Shown: positions 10,407 through 22,300 of the stretch, piece after piece
Numbering within the stretch: the first letter of the stretch is position 1
Layout: the number at the start of each line of letters is the position of its first letter
Source of the DNA: Cenococcum geophilum
Taxonomy: Eukaryota
Assembly: GCA_050273025.1 (NCBI GenBank)
Contig: CP158635.1
Location: 28,148,001 to 28,212,000 of the forward strand
Reading direction: 5' to 3'
Length of the DNA: 64,000 nucleotides
Made by a program: the position numbers and the translations under genes
The notes under the pieces: generated by a model
The model's input: the letters and a program-made list of their open reading frames with translations, nothing else
The model's database searches: none
What the model was told of the DNA's origin: nothing

Positions 10407-13400
10407 GATTCAATGGAGGAAGTGGTGATGGCCAGACAGCAAGTCAAAGGGGCCCAGTCCGTCCATTTTATGGTACCTTCCAGTCCTTTCTAACTCCATC
10501 TCGATTACAAGGAGATACTGTTAGACCATTGCAAGGTGAATTTCAAGACCCAGGTACCTCGGTGACAGTGCGCCAAAGCAAGCCACGACGGTTCCTCGAA
10601 GGGTGTGCCTACAAGGTCATCTGGCAAATAGACGGAGGTGTACACTTCTTCGAGATTAATACCTTATTTCCCCCTGGAAACGAACATCACGAAGGTACAC
10701 AATCCTATTGGTGGGTGTTAGTGAAATGGCCCGGCGGCTCGTAGTTCGACGGCCCTGACTAAGGATGCCAGGGTCCTAAACCTGGTTCCATCCCTTTCTG
10801 GCCCATGATGAGAAATCGATATAGCGATCACCAACCTTGCGCGGGGGAAGTTGTGGGGTGTTGTCCAGCATTATTTCTAGCATCATTGGTTGGATTTCGG
10901 AGAGATTCACTGTGACCACCACGGCAATTTTCCAGGGTTGTTATCGAGCCGCTGCAAGGCCACATCTCGCTTCCTGGGGTTGCACGTTACCTCGCTTCCT
11001 TTTAGTGTGTTGTGGCCAACCTGCCCTAAAACGGTTTTAACACCTTCTAGCACTGTCTCCCCACATCTGAGCTTTGCGGGGAAGCCATGCTTTCTCGTGT
11101 TTCTCCAAGAAAGAACTGGCCTGACAGGCATCGGTATCTGTAGTCCGTAAATTAAGTGTGTGAAGTGTATCGGCTTCCTCCGTACTTCGACGGGTTGACC
11201 AATTAGGAACGGTGATTTCTTTAACCTCCCGAGGTCGTCCCGAAGCTGTAGCTTCACCGCTGGGGCCAATACTGCTATTCGTTGGGACTATTCCCCGCAA
11301 CGGTGGCGTCCACACGGTAGGTGGCCCGTGCGGGAACACCAGAATCAGCAGTACGCGCATCACTATAGATTCAATCAATATATTTTGTTGGTAGGGGGGG
11401 TATGTGGACATCCACAGGAGCTTCCTACGATCACGTAATAGCTTCGCTTATTTGTATATATTCTCGTTCTTCGTAACAACTCCACCTTATGGAGTCCTCA
11501 CATATTATACACCTGCGTGACATATTTTTGTCAACCATGCCTTCTAATCATCTTCTAATGATATAGACTCTGCTCCACCGACCCAATACCCTATTCCACC
11601 AACTCGGGAAGCCAAACAACCTCCCGAAAGCCCTAGCCGCTGCCCGCACTCGAACCTCTACGGGTTAGGGATTACGACTCCTGTAGCCTAGATCCTATTG
11701 ATTCTATTGGCTGAGCCTTATCGATAACGTGTGGACGAATTTTACCGTTGCGGGGGATAAAGCACCGCGTGAACTGGAGGAAACAAGAAAAGACGTAGCG
11801 AGGTTTCTAAGTGGACATGGAATACTAACCTGGCTCTCAGGCTGAGAAAAAGGTGGCCGATATTCGTCCATGCGCCCGCACTAAAATCGCTCAATTTCTC
11901 TACCTAGCTAATACCTAGTCATTTGCCCATCTCTCCTCTCACATTCATGTAGCCTTTTAGTATACCAATTATACATACTTTCCACCTTTGCCTCGTCTGA
12001 TTCTTGAAATATCTGTGTAAATATAGCTAGCGCTGCCTTCTCCGTAGCTGTCCGCCTGGTTGCCACCAACTGTACATAGTAATTGTAGCGAAGCCGTATG
12101 CTTGGCTGCAAGAACCTTCGCAATCCCGCAGTGTCGTGATCTTCATCAAATATCGTGAGGCTTCCACCTGTATGATATTGCCAAATTTCATCGACCTCTC
12201 TGCAGAGACAGCGTTGTATTCGCATTTTGGCGGCCACAAGGGAGGCGTAGTTACGGGGGAGAAGGGGGAGAAGAGGAAGTGTACGTCTTCAATTTGATTC
12301 CCCTGGCCAACCAAGGCGAATCTCCAGGGCAACCAAAAGGGTCCTTGCGCGTAGCTACAGCCGTTCGCTACAATTACAAGCGAGACTGGATACGCGTAGC
12401 GAATTTGAAATTTTGGAGCCCTCGCCAAAGAGGGGGGTGAAGCTGGTCGTGCACATCACTGTACCCTATCTTCCTTATGTATTTATAGAGGCTTTAGAGC
12501 CATATTCAATAGACAGAGTTCTCATACCTGATCGTCCGTTCAACACTTTGTGGCTGCCTCTATTGTCTCTTAATTGATTAGGAGGCCTAAATGCTGGCTA
12601 AAAAGCTTCCCCCACAAAACACCACACCGTTGAGGTGTAGTAAGGATCCCGGAGTCCGCAAAAAGCTCCTACGGGGGTGTATAAGGGCGCGCGACTGATT
12701 TGCGTACTTTAATTACCTTATAAGAAGGCATTGTGAGGTGTAAGAGTGGTAATAAGGGTCTTGTTTACATCAAAATGGACTGCGCTCGCATGGACGAATA
12801 TCAGCCACCTTTTTCTCCGACTGAGAGCCTGGTTAGGTTACTTCGCCGCTGTCGGGCAATCGCTACTAAAGAGAGTGCGCTATGAAGCGTCCATCTAATC
12901 ACGGACATTTAATATATAAGGTAACATTACGGTGAAGTCATTGAAGCTAACAAAGATAATGAACGTTAAGATTGGCAGCTAGATATCCATTTGACTAGTT
13001 CCATACTATAGGGGAACCGGAACAGGAGAAAATCAGCGAAGGTGGTTGTATTATTTCTGTCTATCACATACAAGGGCAGGTTAAGCTTTACTATATGTGC
13101 AAACTTCTAGAAGATCGAAAATCTGATATAGAGCTGCCAATCTCATCGATCTATGGAATGCTTGTTGCGCTTTGCGAGGTCAGTGAACCTATTAATCAGT
13201 AATTCTACTGCACCAACCTCCCCTCTAGAAGCACCGCCCTTCCTTATAAAGTAGAATTTGACAAAGTTTACTACAGTAACTCTATGTCCTGGGACACTGG
13301 TATCCATTTTCGGGTGGTTTACTCGCTATTTTAAGCAGCGCTTATCCCATGCGCCAAGCCCTAAGCGATATATCTCCCCCATTAAAACTTTCAACCTTGC

Positions 13401-13494
13401 GCATTTCTATATTCAATCACCTATATTACGGACGCTTTAAGTACAATGTTACGACTACTTGGAGAAGAGACGGAAGAAGCTAGTTAGTTGATTC

Positions 13495-16400
13495 TGTCAC
13501 GTAACTCGTATTGAGCTGTTCATTGATGAAATGGGTTTATTGATTAATGATCTTGTCTTCAGATTGATTGACCTTGGACCTAGGGCCCTCGGGCTCAGAT
13601 GAAGAGGTTTACACTGCACGTGACTCGTACACGTGACTCGTGCACGGTCTACGCCTCCAGAGAATACAGATTATCTGACACACCCCCTTAGCTTCGAGCT
13701 CTTTGAGGTCAAAGCTAACCATCTTCCTGTTAAATTCTGCCAACTTCTGCCAACCAATCAGGATTTTCCATCCCCGGGATGGAAAATCGCTATTAGCTCG
13801 CTTACGGCTAGCGCCTTAGCGACCCTTCTTGTGCTCATCAATGCGTTAATTAAACCGTAATCTCATCTAAATCCTTCCGTCTTACTCTAATACTGTCCCT
13901 TAGGTCCTCCAGTTACTTTTCCTTATTCAGCCGCTCCTTAATATCCACCATTCCAATCATATTAACGAAGCTTTAAAACCTCTGCTTGGGCAGGGCCTTC
14001 GTAAGTTTATCGGCGATTATCTCCTTTATCGCTGTCCATTAAAATCATACTCGTCTTATTACGTATTCCTAACGTAGCCAGTATTAATAGATGTTAACGT
14101 ATCGGAGCTTCGTAATTAGCTTTGCCGTATCTTCTATAATTAGTCGGAGCGTCTAGGTATTATCACATTTAATAATTAAGGGCTCATTCAGGTGTAGCGT
14201 TATTGCTTTAAACAGCCTACTAATAAAGATAGCTTCCTTTGTTATCTGTAATAGGGCTAACAACTCAGCTTTTATACTCGACGTCGTAACCGTACCCTGC
14301 TTGTTTACTCTCCAGGCGATCGGCCCCCTAAATAGCTTCATAATATATCCTTACGAGCTCTTTCTATTAACGGAGTTGTCCGCAAATAATACGTTGCTAG
14401 CACAGATAAATAATTGCGCACCGTCTTTTCCGTCATCTCGTCCTTTATCGCGTATTCCTTTATCTCTCCCTTTACCATTCATTCCTTCCTCATCTCCTCT
14501 ATAGCAGATTACTCTGCTTCTCATACTATATAGGTACTGGATAACTCTATCTACTGCTCAATAATACCCTTAGCTTGGGTTCTAATTAAACCTTACTAGC
14601 TATAATACTGCGAAAGCAATATCCAAACGCGTTATAGTGGCTATATAGAGTACTAAACCCAATTTTCTCTAATATAGCATTATAGAGGCTAGTAGGGATA
14701 TAGGACGGACTAATAAGTCTATATTAGGGGACGGACGCGTTAGACGGATTAATTGGTAATCAGTAGAGAGGAGTTCTAATTCTACTATAGGAGTATCTGG
14801 AAGACGCCCTTTAAGATCTATCTCATACTAATTAGCTATCTTCTCTATATAGGCTTCCTGGGATAGCTATAGGAGCCTCTAGCTACGATTACATAGCACG
14901 TAGATTTCTAGAAACCATTTTAGCTCGCCAAGGGTACTCATCTAGTATTCCTTACTCAGCTCCTTAATTGCTTTTTAAGCTTTCTTCTTATCTATCTTTC
15001 GGTAGTAGAAGACAATATCGTTAACGTAGAAGAAGACGACTATTCTACCTTTTAGCATAACACACGGCTCCTAAGGTACCTCTTTAAAACCTAATTCGTT
15101 TAACAAGCTCGTGAGATTCTTCTGCTATAACAGTAGTAATTGTCGTAGTCCGTACAGGGCTTTTCTTAAACGCAGTACTTTATCTATTTTTCCTTCATTA
15201 AACCCTAGCGGTAGCTTTATATAGACAACCTCATCAAGATCATAATAGACAAACGCATTAACTGCATCTATCTATATCGTCTTCAGGTCGAATTTTGCGG
15301 TAATCGCCATAAGGGTTCGGAAGGTCGTACTAGCTAATATAGTAGCTCTCATAGGTAGGTCTCCTGGGGCCTATTAATTTCCACAGACTACTAAGCATGC
15401 CTTACATTTCTGGAAAAATCCGTACTTATCCGTCTTATAAACGAACACCTACATTAAGCTAAGGACCTACTGTCCCTTTACGTGCTTCTTATCTATTTCT
15501 TAAAACGACCTTATTTAATAATGAGATTAGAGATAAGCTCGCTAAGCTTCTTAGAACTAATCTCAAAAAGGATACATATTAAGGTCATGGATCAACTAAG
15601 GTGGCGGAGGTAAGTTCTTCCTATATAATCTAACATCACGTATTCTACCTAATTTTAGCTTACTATCGTTAAGTCAACTATTAAGGTTAAACTTCCTTCC
15701 TGCTAAGAAGGCGCCGTAATAGGCTAAAGTGATCCTTTTAGTAACAAAGTCTTCAAACCTATAATCGCCGGCTTCCTTAAACGAGTCTTTAACTAAGTCG
15801 TTAAGCACCCCCTAAGTATTAAACGCATCTCCTACTTAATAAGCGACGTCTTAATCAGTATCTTATATATCTAACTTCATAGGATACTCAACGTAAAAGG
15901 TATATAGAGATTCTTCATCTTCTTCCGTTAGAGGTGGCGTACAATATATATCTTCGAGAGCTCTTATAAGCTTAAGATCTACTAACTCATTAAAGGTTTA
16001 AACTAGCTTATCAACGTCGTCGTCTTCCTCTTAAATTAACGGTTTAAATACTTCTTTATTATCTTTTAGAAGAACCTCATTCTTAGTCAAGCTATTAGGA
16101 AATTAAATCTTCTCAATTAACGTTTCTAATTCGGCGTATAGATCCTTTAAGATGTCCGTTCGCTTGCCGTTAAAGAACATCTTTTCGTCAAAGATAACGT
16201 CCCTAGTAGAGATAACGATACCTTTATAGGGGATCCAGATCCTATAGATATTAGTAAAGTTATAGCCAACGAGATAGCTAATATAGGCTCGCGGATCTAG
16301 CTTGCTCAGCCTTTTCTTCTTCAGCTAGGCGTCCAACGTTATCGCGTACGCCCTATAGCCGTAGGCTTTTAAGTGCGCCAGTTACGGCTTTCTTAATCTC

Positions 16401-19369
16401 CTATTAGCTAGAAAGGTATAGAACCTCTTATATAGCAATTTCCAACCGTTACTTTCCCATGGCGTTCAATCTCGAAGGTAGACTATATAGTCAACTATCT
16501 CGTTCCATAAGTCGTGTAGTAGATTAGCAGCAATTCTCATTACTTATGCTCTCTCAATAATTACACCCCCTAAGCGTTCGGCGGTACCATTTTAAGCTTA
16601 GGTATATAGCGCCAAAGGCTCAAATATAATCCCTTACGTCCGTAGCCATTTAAGGGTTTTTCTTCTCCCTAGCTCGTTGTCTAACCTAATAGTATTAACT
16701 TTAAGGTTATACCTTAGACGAATCCATTAGATAAAATCTTTAAGCACTCATAGTGTCTCCTTCTCCTCACTATACGTCGTTATAAAATATAAAAAGGATC
16801 TTCCTAAGAAGGTATTATAAATAAGTATAACTCGTACAAAACTAGTATACGCTTCCTTAAGGTTAGTTCAGTTAATATAGAGGTTAAAATAGGGTTTATT
16901 AATTTTCTATTCTAAGAACCTTCGTAAGACCTAACGCTTAATTTTAGCGAGACTACAGTATTAACATTCTGTCGTCTTTAGGCCTTAAAGCTTAACTCCT
17001 AGGGCGTTAAGACCTAAATAGTAAAGGCTCATAGGTCCTGGATAACCTAGACGCAGATGCCATAGATATACATTACCTTTCAAATCTAGACGAACGTCTC
17101 TTAACAATATCCGCTTCCTTTAACGGCTCGTTAAACGGCTAATATTAAATGCGGATTTTAAGCTTCCTAATTAAACGTATTTAATAGTCTATTATCTATA
17201 ACATTCTTCCATTTAATATAGGATTGTGTTATCCTTTCAAACGAGAAGATTATTATCTCCTTTATTATCCTAGTAATATCCTTATTTTTAAAGTAGACGG
17301 AACGACACTAGATTCGTATTAAAGTCTATATAAAAGGCAACGTCCTTAAGACGTAGAGTTCCCTTACTCTTGTCTAGTTTTATAACTTAAATAATAACAT
17401 CGCTATAGCCTAGTATAGGCACTTCTAAGCTACCAGCAATAATATATTTATATCTTAGAGCTTTTCTAAAGTTATAAAAATAAGAGAAGTTATTAAAGAT
17501 GTAAAGAGTGGTTCCTAAGTCAAGAATAGTTAATAGCTTTAATAAATAGAGTTAACCGGTGTAATACAATTCTAAAAATATTATATTAGCTTCTCCCTTA
17601 ATCTTAACTTTCTAGCTCTCATTCTGTTATTATTAAGCCTCGTCTTCTTATTCTTTAAGTCTGATCTTTATAACTTAGTCAGCGAGGTCCTTATTCTTTT
17701 CTACCTTCTTTAGTGCCTTTTTAATACAAGCATCTCCTATTATAACTCCTATAGGTCTCTTATCTTCAAATAAACACTAACAGTCCTTAAGGGAGTGTCC
17801 TTATATTCCGCACGCTAAGTACTTAGGCATTAGCTTCTTATAGGACGTCTCCTTATCTACTAGTATCCCAGCTCTCTTTAAGCGTTTATTACGTACTAAG
17901 GCTCCTCTTTATAAACCTTTAGTAGTATTAAAGTAATCCTTAATAGCTTACTCTGCGAAGTCTGCATTAAAGGTACTCCCCCTTATAGTAGTATTGGCTT
18001 TCTTTAAGGGTCTTATAAGTCCTTCTTACAGCTCCTTTACTACTCTACGGTATTCGGAAGATCTCAACTTCTATAGGTTATTTAACTCGGTAGTATACTT
18101 TACATAATAGGCGTCACTAAAAGGTTAAATAACGTCTGCTAAATCTTAAAGCTAGATTCCTTTTAACATTTAAGGGATCTTATACTTCTCTCCTAGTACT
18201 ATTATATGTTCCTATTAATCTAGCTATAGGTTTAATTTTAACAACTGTTTAAACCCCTTAAGGGCTTCTATATATTAATATTATACCTTCTTTCTAACAA
18301 ACGACGAGGTAGGTTCGGTATTCTCCTTCAGTCAAAATAGCCATTCTTTAACTATTAAGGAAGGGTCAAGCAGTAGCTTCTTCTAAATTAATACTATAGA
18401 CGTAATCTAGGTGCGTATCTATTACAGATGCTCTTCCTATTTTAGGAAGTACTTCATATCTTAGTTATAGTATCATCTGCTATTCTTATACGCCCTCTAT
18501 TAATTCGTCAAGAGCTATACATATAAGGTTGCATTCTTATTAAAATCTATAACCTTTAAAAGAGGTGGTTTTTCAAATAGACCTTCTTAAGGTGCTTTTA
18601 TAAATAGGTCAACGTAGGCCCAAATTTACTAATCCACAAGGGCTCGGAGCTACCATAGCCATTATTCCCAGTCTTCTGGCTTATTAAGGATAATCGTAGT
18701 TAACGAACTTAATGGTGGAGACATTTGACTAATAGGCAAAGGAGGAATTAGAATAGTATTTTGTCGTCAGGATCGTCCTAGTCGTCAGGATCGTCCTAGT
18801 TGTTAGGATTGTCCTAGTCATCAGAATCGTCCTAGTCGTCAGAATCGTCCTATAACAATTAAAATAGAATCTCGTGGAATCTCGTGGAATCTCGTCCTGT
18901 GACAATTAAGGTAGGATTTCTATCAGGGTCTGCGTCTTGACGATAAGGTATTAGAGTCTGACGATAAGTTAGAATTTTATCGTCAGGATCGTCCTGTCGT
19001 CAGGATCGTCCTTTAACGATAAGGATGCTCGTGTCAGGATCATCCTTTGACCGATATTCGTGTCAGGGTCGTCCTGTAACCGATATTCGTGTTAGGATCG
19101 TCCTATAAGGATGAGGTAGAATTTCTTCAAATAATTAAGTAATAGCTAAATAGCTTCTTAGGTCGGCGGACCAGGCTCATAACTATCACGTAACTCATAT
19201 TAAGCTGTTCATTAATGAAATAGGTTTATTAATTAATGATCTTATCTTTAGATTAATTAACCTTGGACCTAGGGCCCTTGGGCTCAGATAAAGAGGTTTA
19301 CACTGCACGTGACTCGTGCACGTGACTTGTGCACGGTCTACGCCTCCAGAGAATACAGATTATCTAACA
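13495..19369 (-). mobile_element. Ty1/Copia element A inserted in the 5' LTR of chromovirus A
   Basis: 186-bp LTRs at 13495-13680 and 19184-19369. TSD GATTC (13490-13494 / 19370-19374). PBS-like GTTATGAGCC and PPT TAAGGGGGTG. Minus-strand order gag (ATG 18724), protease ILD(S)GTT, integrase WHLRLG, RT FYV(D)DIV ~15020, RNase H SS(TE)AEL. Confidence 0.94.
18760..19110. repeat. Tandem 18-bp-type repeats in the Copia A 5' leader
   Basis: Multiple GTCGTCAGGATCGTCCT(A/G) units plus GAATCTCGTG x3. Confidence 0.85.
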
Positions 19370-22300
19370 GATTCAGGCATAGTCCAGAATGGAGCCAATA
19401 GAGCTATATGACGAGGAATAGTAACCAAGGTCACATAATGTAATATGTATAATCTATAGGATCTGTATAATCTATGACAGAGTAAATAGAGCACACGTAC
19501 CTTACGTATAAAGGGGATTTCTTAGGAGTACGGTTGTGTATTTAAAGGACCACAGTCCCTACCCAGATAGTTCTCTTCTTTATAGTAAATCTTAGAATAT
19601 AATTAGAGTTAATCTATTAGGTAACCACTCCACTAGTTATTATTACGTTGTTAACTTCTTGTTTACCTATATACCTAGCCTATTAATAAGTCTACCGTAG
19701 TTCCTGCTATAAGGCTTTATTATATATTTACTACTATAGTTACGGTATTAATAAAGTTAAACAATATGCTACCAAAAGCAGCCACTATAACGCCATTAAC
19801 GGCGGCAACTACTTTAAGGTTAGGTAACAACACTAGTATAGTAGACACTAACTTATAGCAACCTATAACGGTCGGATAGCTATAAGAGATAGTTAACTAG
19901 TTAATAGAAAATAATGCGACGTTAGAAAATAGGATTAACGGGATAGGTATAGCAAAGGTTAAGTTACTATTAATTAAAAGGTACTTAAGAGAAAGATTAA
20001 AGCTTAAAGGATTCCTTATATAAATATACTTTAAGGTAGCGTAAGAGGGAGCAAAGCTAGTAATACCTATGGATTAAATAGTATACGCAGGACTGTTCTT
20101 AACAGGAAGAGCACTTAAATAGTTTAAGCCTTACCTTATAGAAATACAAATGAATAGTATAATAACTACTAATTAGGAAGTATGGTTTATATTTTTAAGT
20201 TAGAATAGATTTATAGAGTAACTTATATAAATATTCGGAGATCTAGAGGCAACAACTATAGCGGAAAGAAAACTCTAAGATATTACGCAATAAACCTTAG
20301 TAATTAAGTATATAACGCAGTTCTAAACGTTAGTAACGTAAGTAGAGTGGAATAATAGGGCGCTTATAGCACAGTATAAGTAAGGACTTAAGGCTAAAGT
20401 CTAGGACGTAATTATCCTAATAGAAGATATAGACACCCTATAAGAACTAATAGATTAAGTAATTAAGATTAATAATTGGATCTACTAAAGGGAATAGGCT
20501 AAGAGAGGCTAAAATAGAGTTCTATAGTTATATAAGGCGTAAAGTACACAGCGACTAAAGCTAAGTTAAAAACTATAATATAACGTAGAGCTAATGGACC
20601 TAAGTAGTACTAAAGAATCTAAAAGATAGAATAAAAGATTATAGAAACCTAGAGGATAAGGATTAAGTAATTAAAGGTTTAAGGAGTAGAGGCTAAACTA
20701 GGGATCTTAGCAGCAGAAGACGTTTAGGCAAACTCTATAATAATAAAAATAGTTTAAAGAAGGAGCTTATATAAATTACGGAAAACAGGGTTATTATATT
20801 AGAGACTATAGAAGTAGGTAGAGTTACTATATAGTAAAAGGTATAAAACTAGCAGACGATATATACGTATAAAGGGATAATAATATACTGCGAGGAATAA
20901 AAGAGTGTTTAATTAAAAGTTTTACGTTTTGTTATAATAATACATACTAAATTTATAAGAACGCTAAGTACGGCATAAGCTATTAGCTATAAGAGCTAGT
21001 ACCTATAGGATACAGAGGAACTAATAAACCAGTTCACAGATCGGATATTAAGGACGATAAATTTAATATAGGCGAAATATTTTATAATAATAAGGTAATA
21101 AGGGCCGCTTACTAGGAGTAAGCAGACCTTAGAGATATTATACTAAAGGTAGAGGATAATTCCACCACAGAATAGGGAACATTAGTAGGGATTAAGACCC
21201 TACTAGATATAATGTCTATCGCTTTATAAGATATAAGAAAAGTAAGGTAGCGAACTATTTCGGTATTTAATAAAGGCAAAAGGCTAAAGGCTTAAGATTC
21301 TTAAGATAAGATATAAGATGACTAAGATGACTAAGACGAGATAAGGTAAGCTTAAGGACCTATAATGGATAATAACCAATAGAGCAGAGTAATGGCTTAG
21401 TTTAGTAAAATACGAATAAGCTTAGGATGAAGTTTCCTAAAGGTATAAGATTCTTAAGATAAGATAAGTGAGATTTAAGACTCTTAGGACGGGATAAGAA
21501 CACTAAGTAAGCCTAGTTAGACTAAGGCTAGAGTAAAGCTTAAGATAAAAGCAAGCTTAGGATTAAGAATCTAAAGGGGTTAAGAATTTGGAGTATAAAT
21601 AAGGACACCTATAAATAAGAGGCAAGAGGCTTTTTTATAGATTAGAGAATCTATAGTGCAAACAGTAATTAGACTAGGAGACAGATATATAAACCTAGAG
21701 GACTTACTAGGAGAATACAGTGTTCGGCCTAAAGATTAAAAAGTTAATACTAAGATTAAGAAGTAAGAAGACTTTAAGGATCTAAGCGCGAGATATAGAC
21801 TAAAGGAAACTATAGAAGAATTTAGATAACGAATTATCGTATAGCAAAAACAGAAACTAGATAAGAGATCTAGCATATTGGGATATATAAGGGACAGAGC
21901 GCTAATATAAAGAATCACTAATAGGCCTAGGGCAGGCACGCTAAGAGCTAAGTAGCTTACTAAACTGGAAGATAAAGAGGATTTAAGGATCCCTATTAGG
22001 TTTAAGGAACGATATATAAAAGGCTGTTACAACGTAGTAATAAGAAGATACTTCCTTATAGATAAGCTGTATACACTCTAGCAGCTATACTAAAAGTGGT
22101 ATAGGTAGCGATATAATAATAAATGGGAAGATTTCTATATATAGTTAGATAAAAGAGTTATCTAGGACTACCCTATTATAGAGAAGGCTATAACACATAT
22201 TAAAGGAGCCTTAATTATAACGTTAAAGGATCTAGAGGAACGATTAAAGGACTAGAGAAGTAAGAGACACATCTTAGTACCCGCGAATAAAGTTATAACG

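Noticed and set aside
11662..11670. GGGTTAGGG telomere-like motif
   Set aside because: Only ~1.5 units, expected by chance.
10800..12430. Short ORFs, including 11908-12237 (109 aa)
   Set aside because: No recognisable domain or splice structure. May be a gene relic but cannot be supported.
18760..19110. Similarity of Copia A leader repeats (CAGGATCGTCCT) to element 2 arm repeats (CAGGACGATCAGGA)
   Set aside because: Short low-complexity match with no extended alignment.
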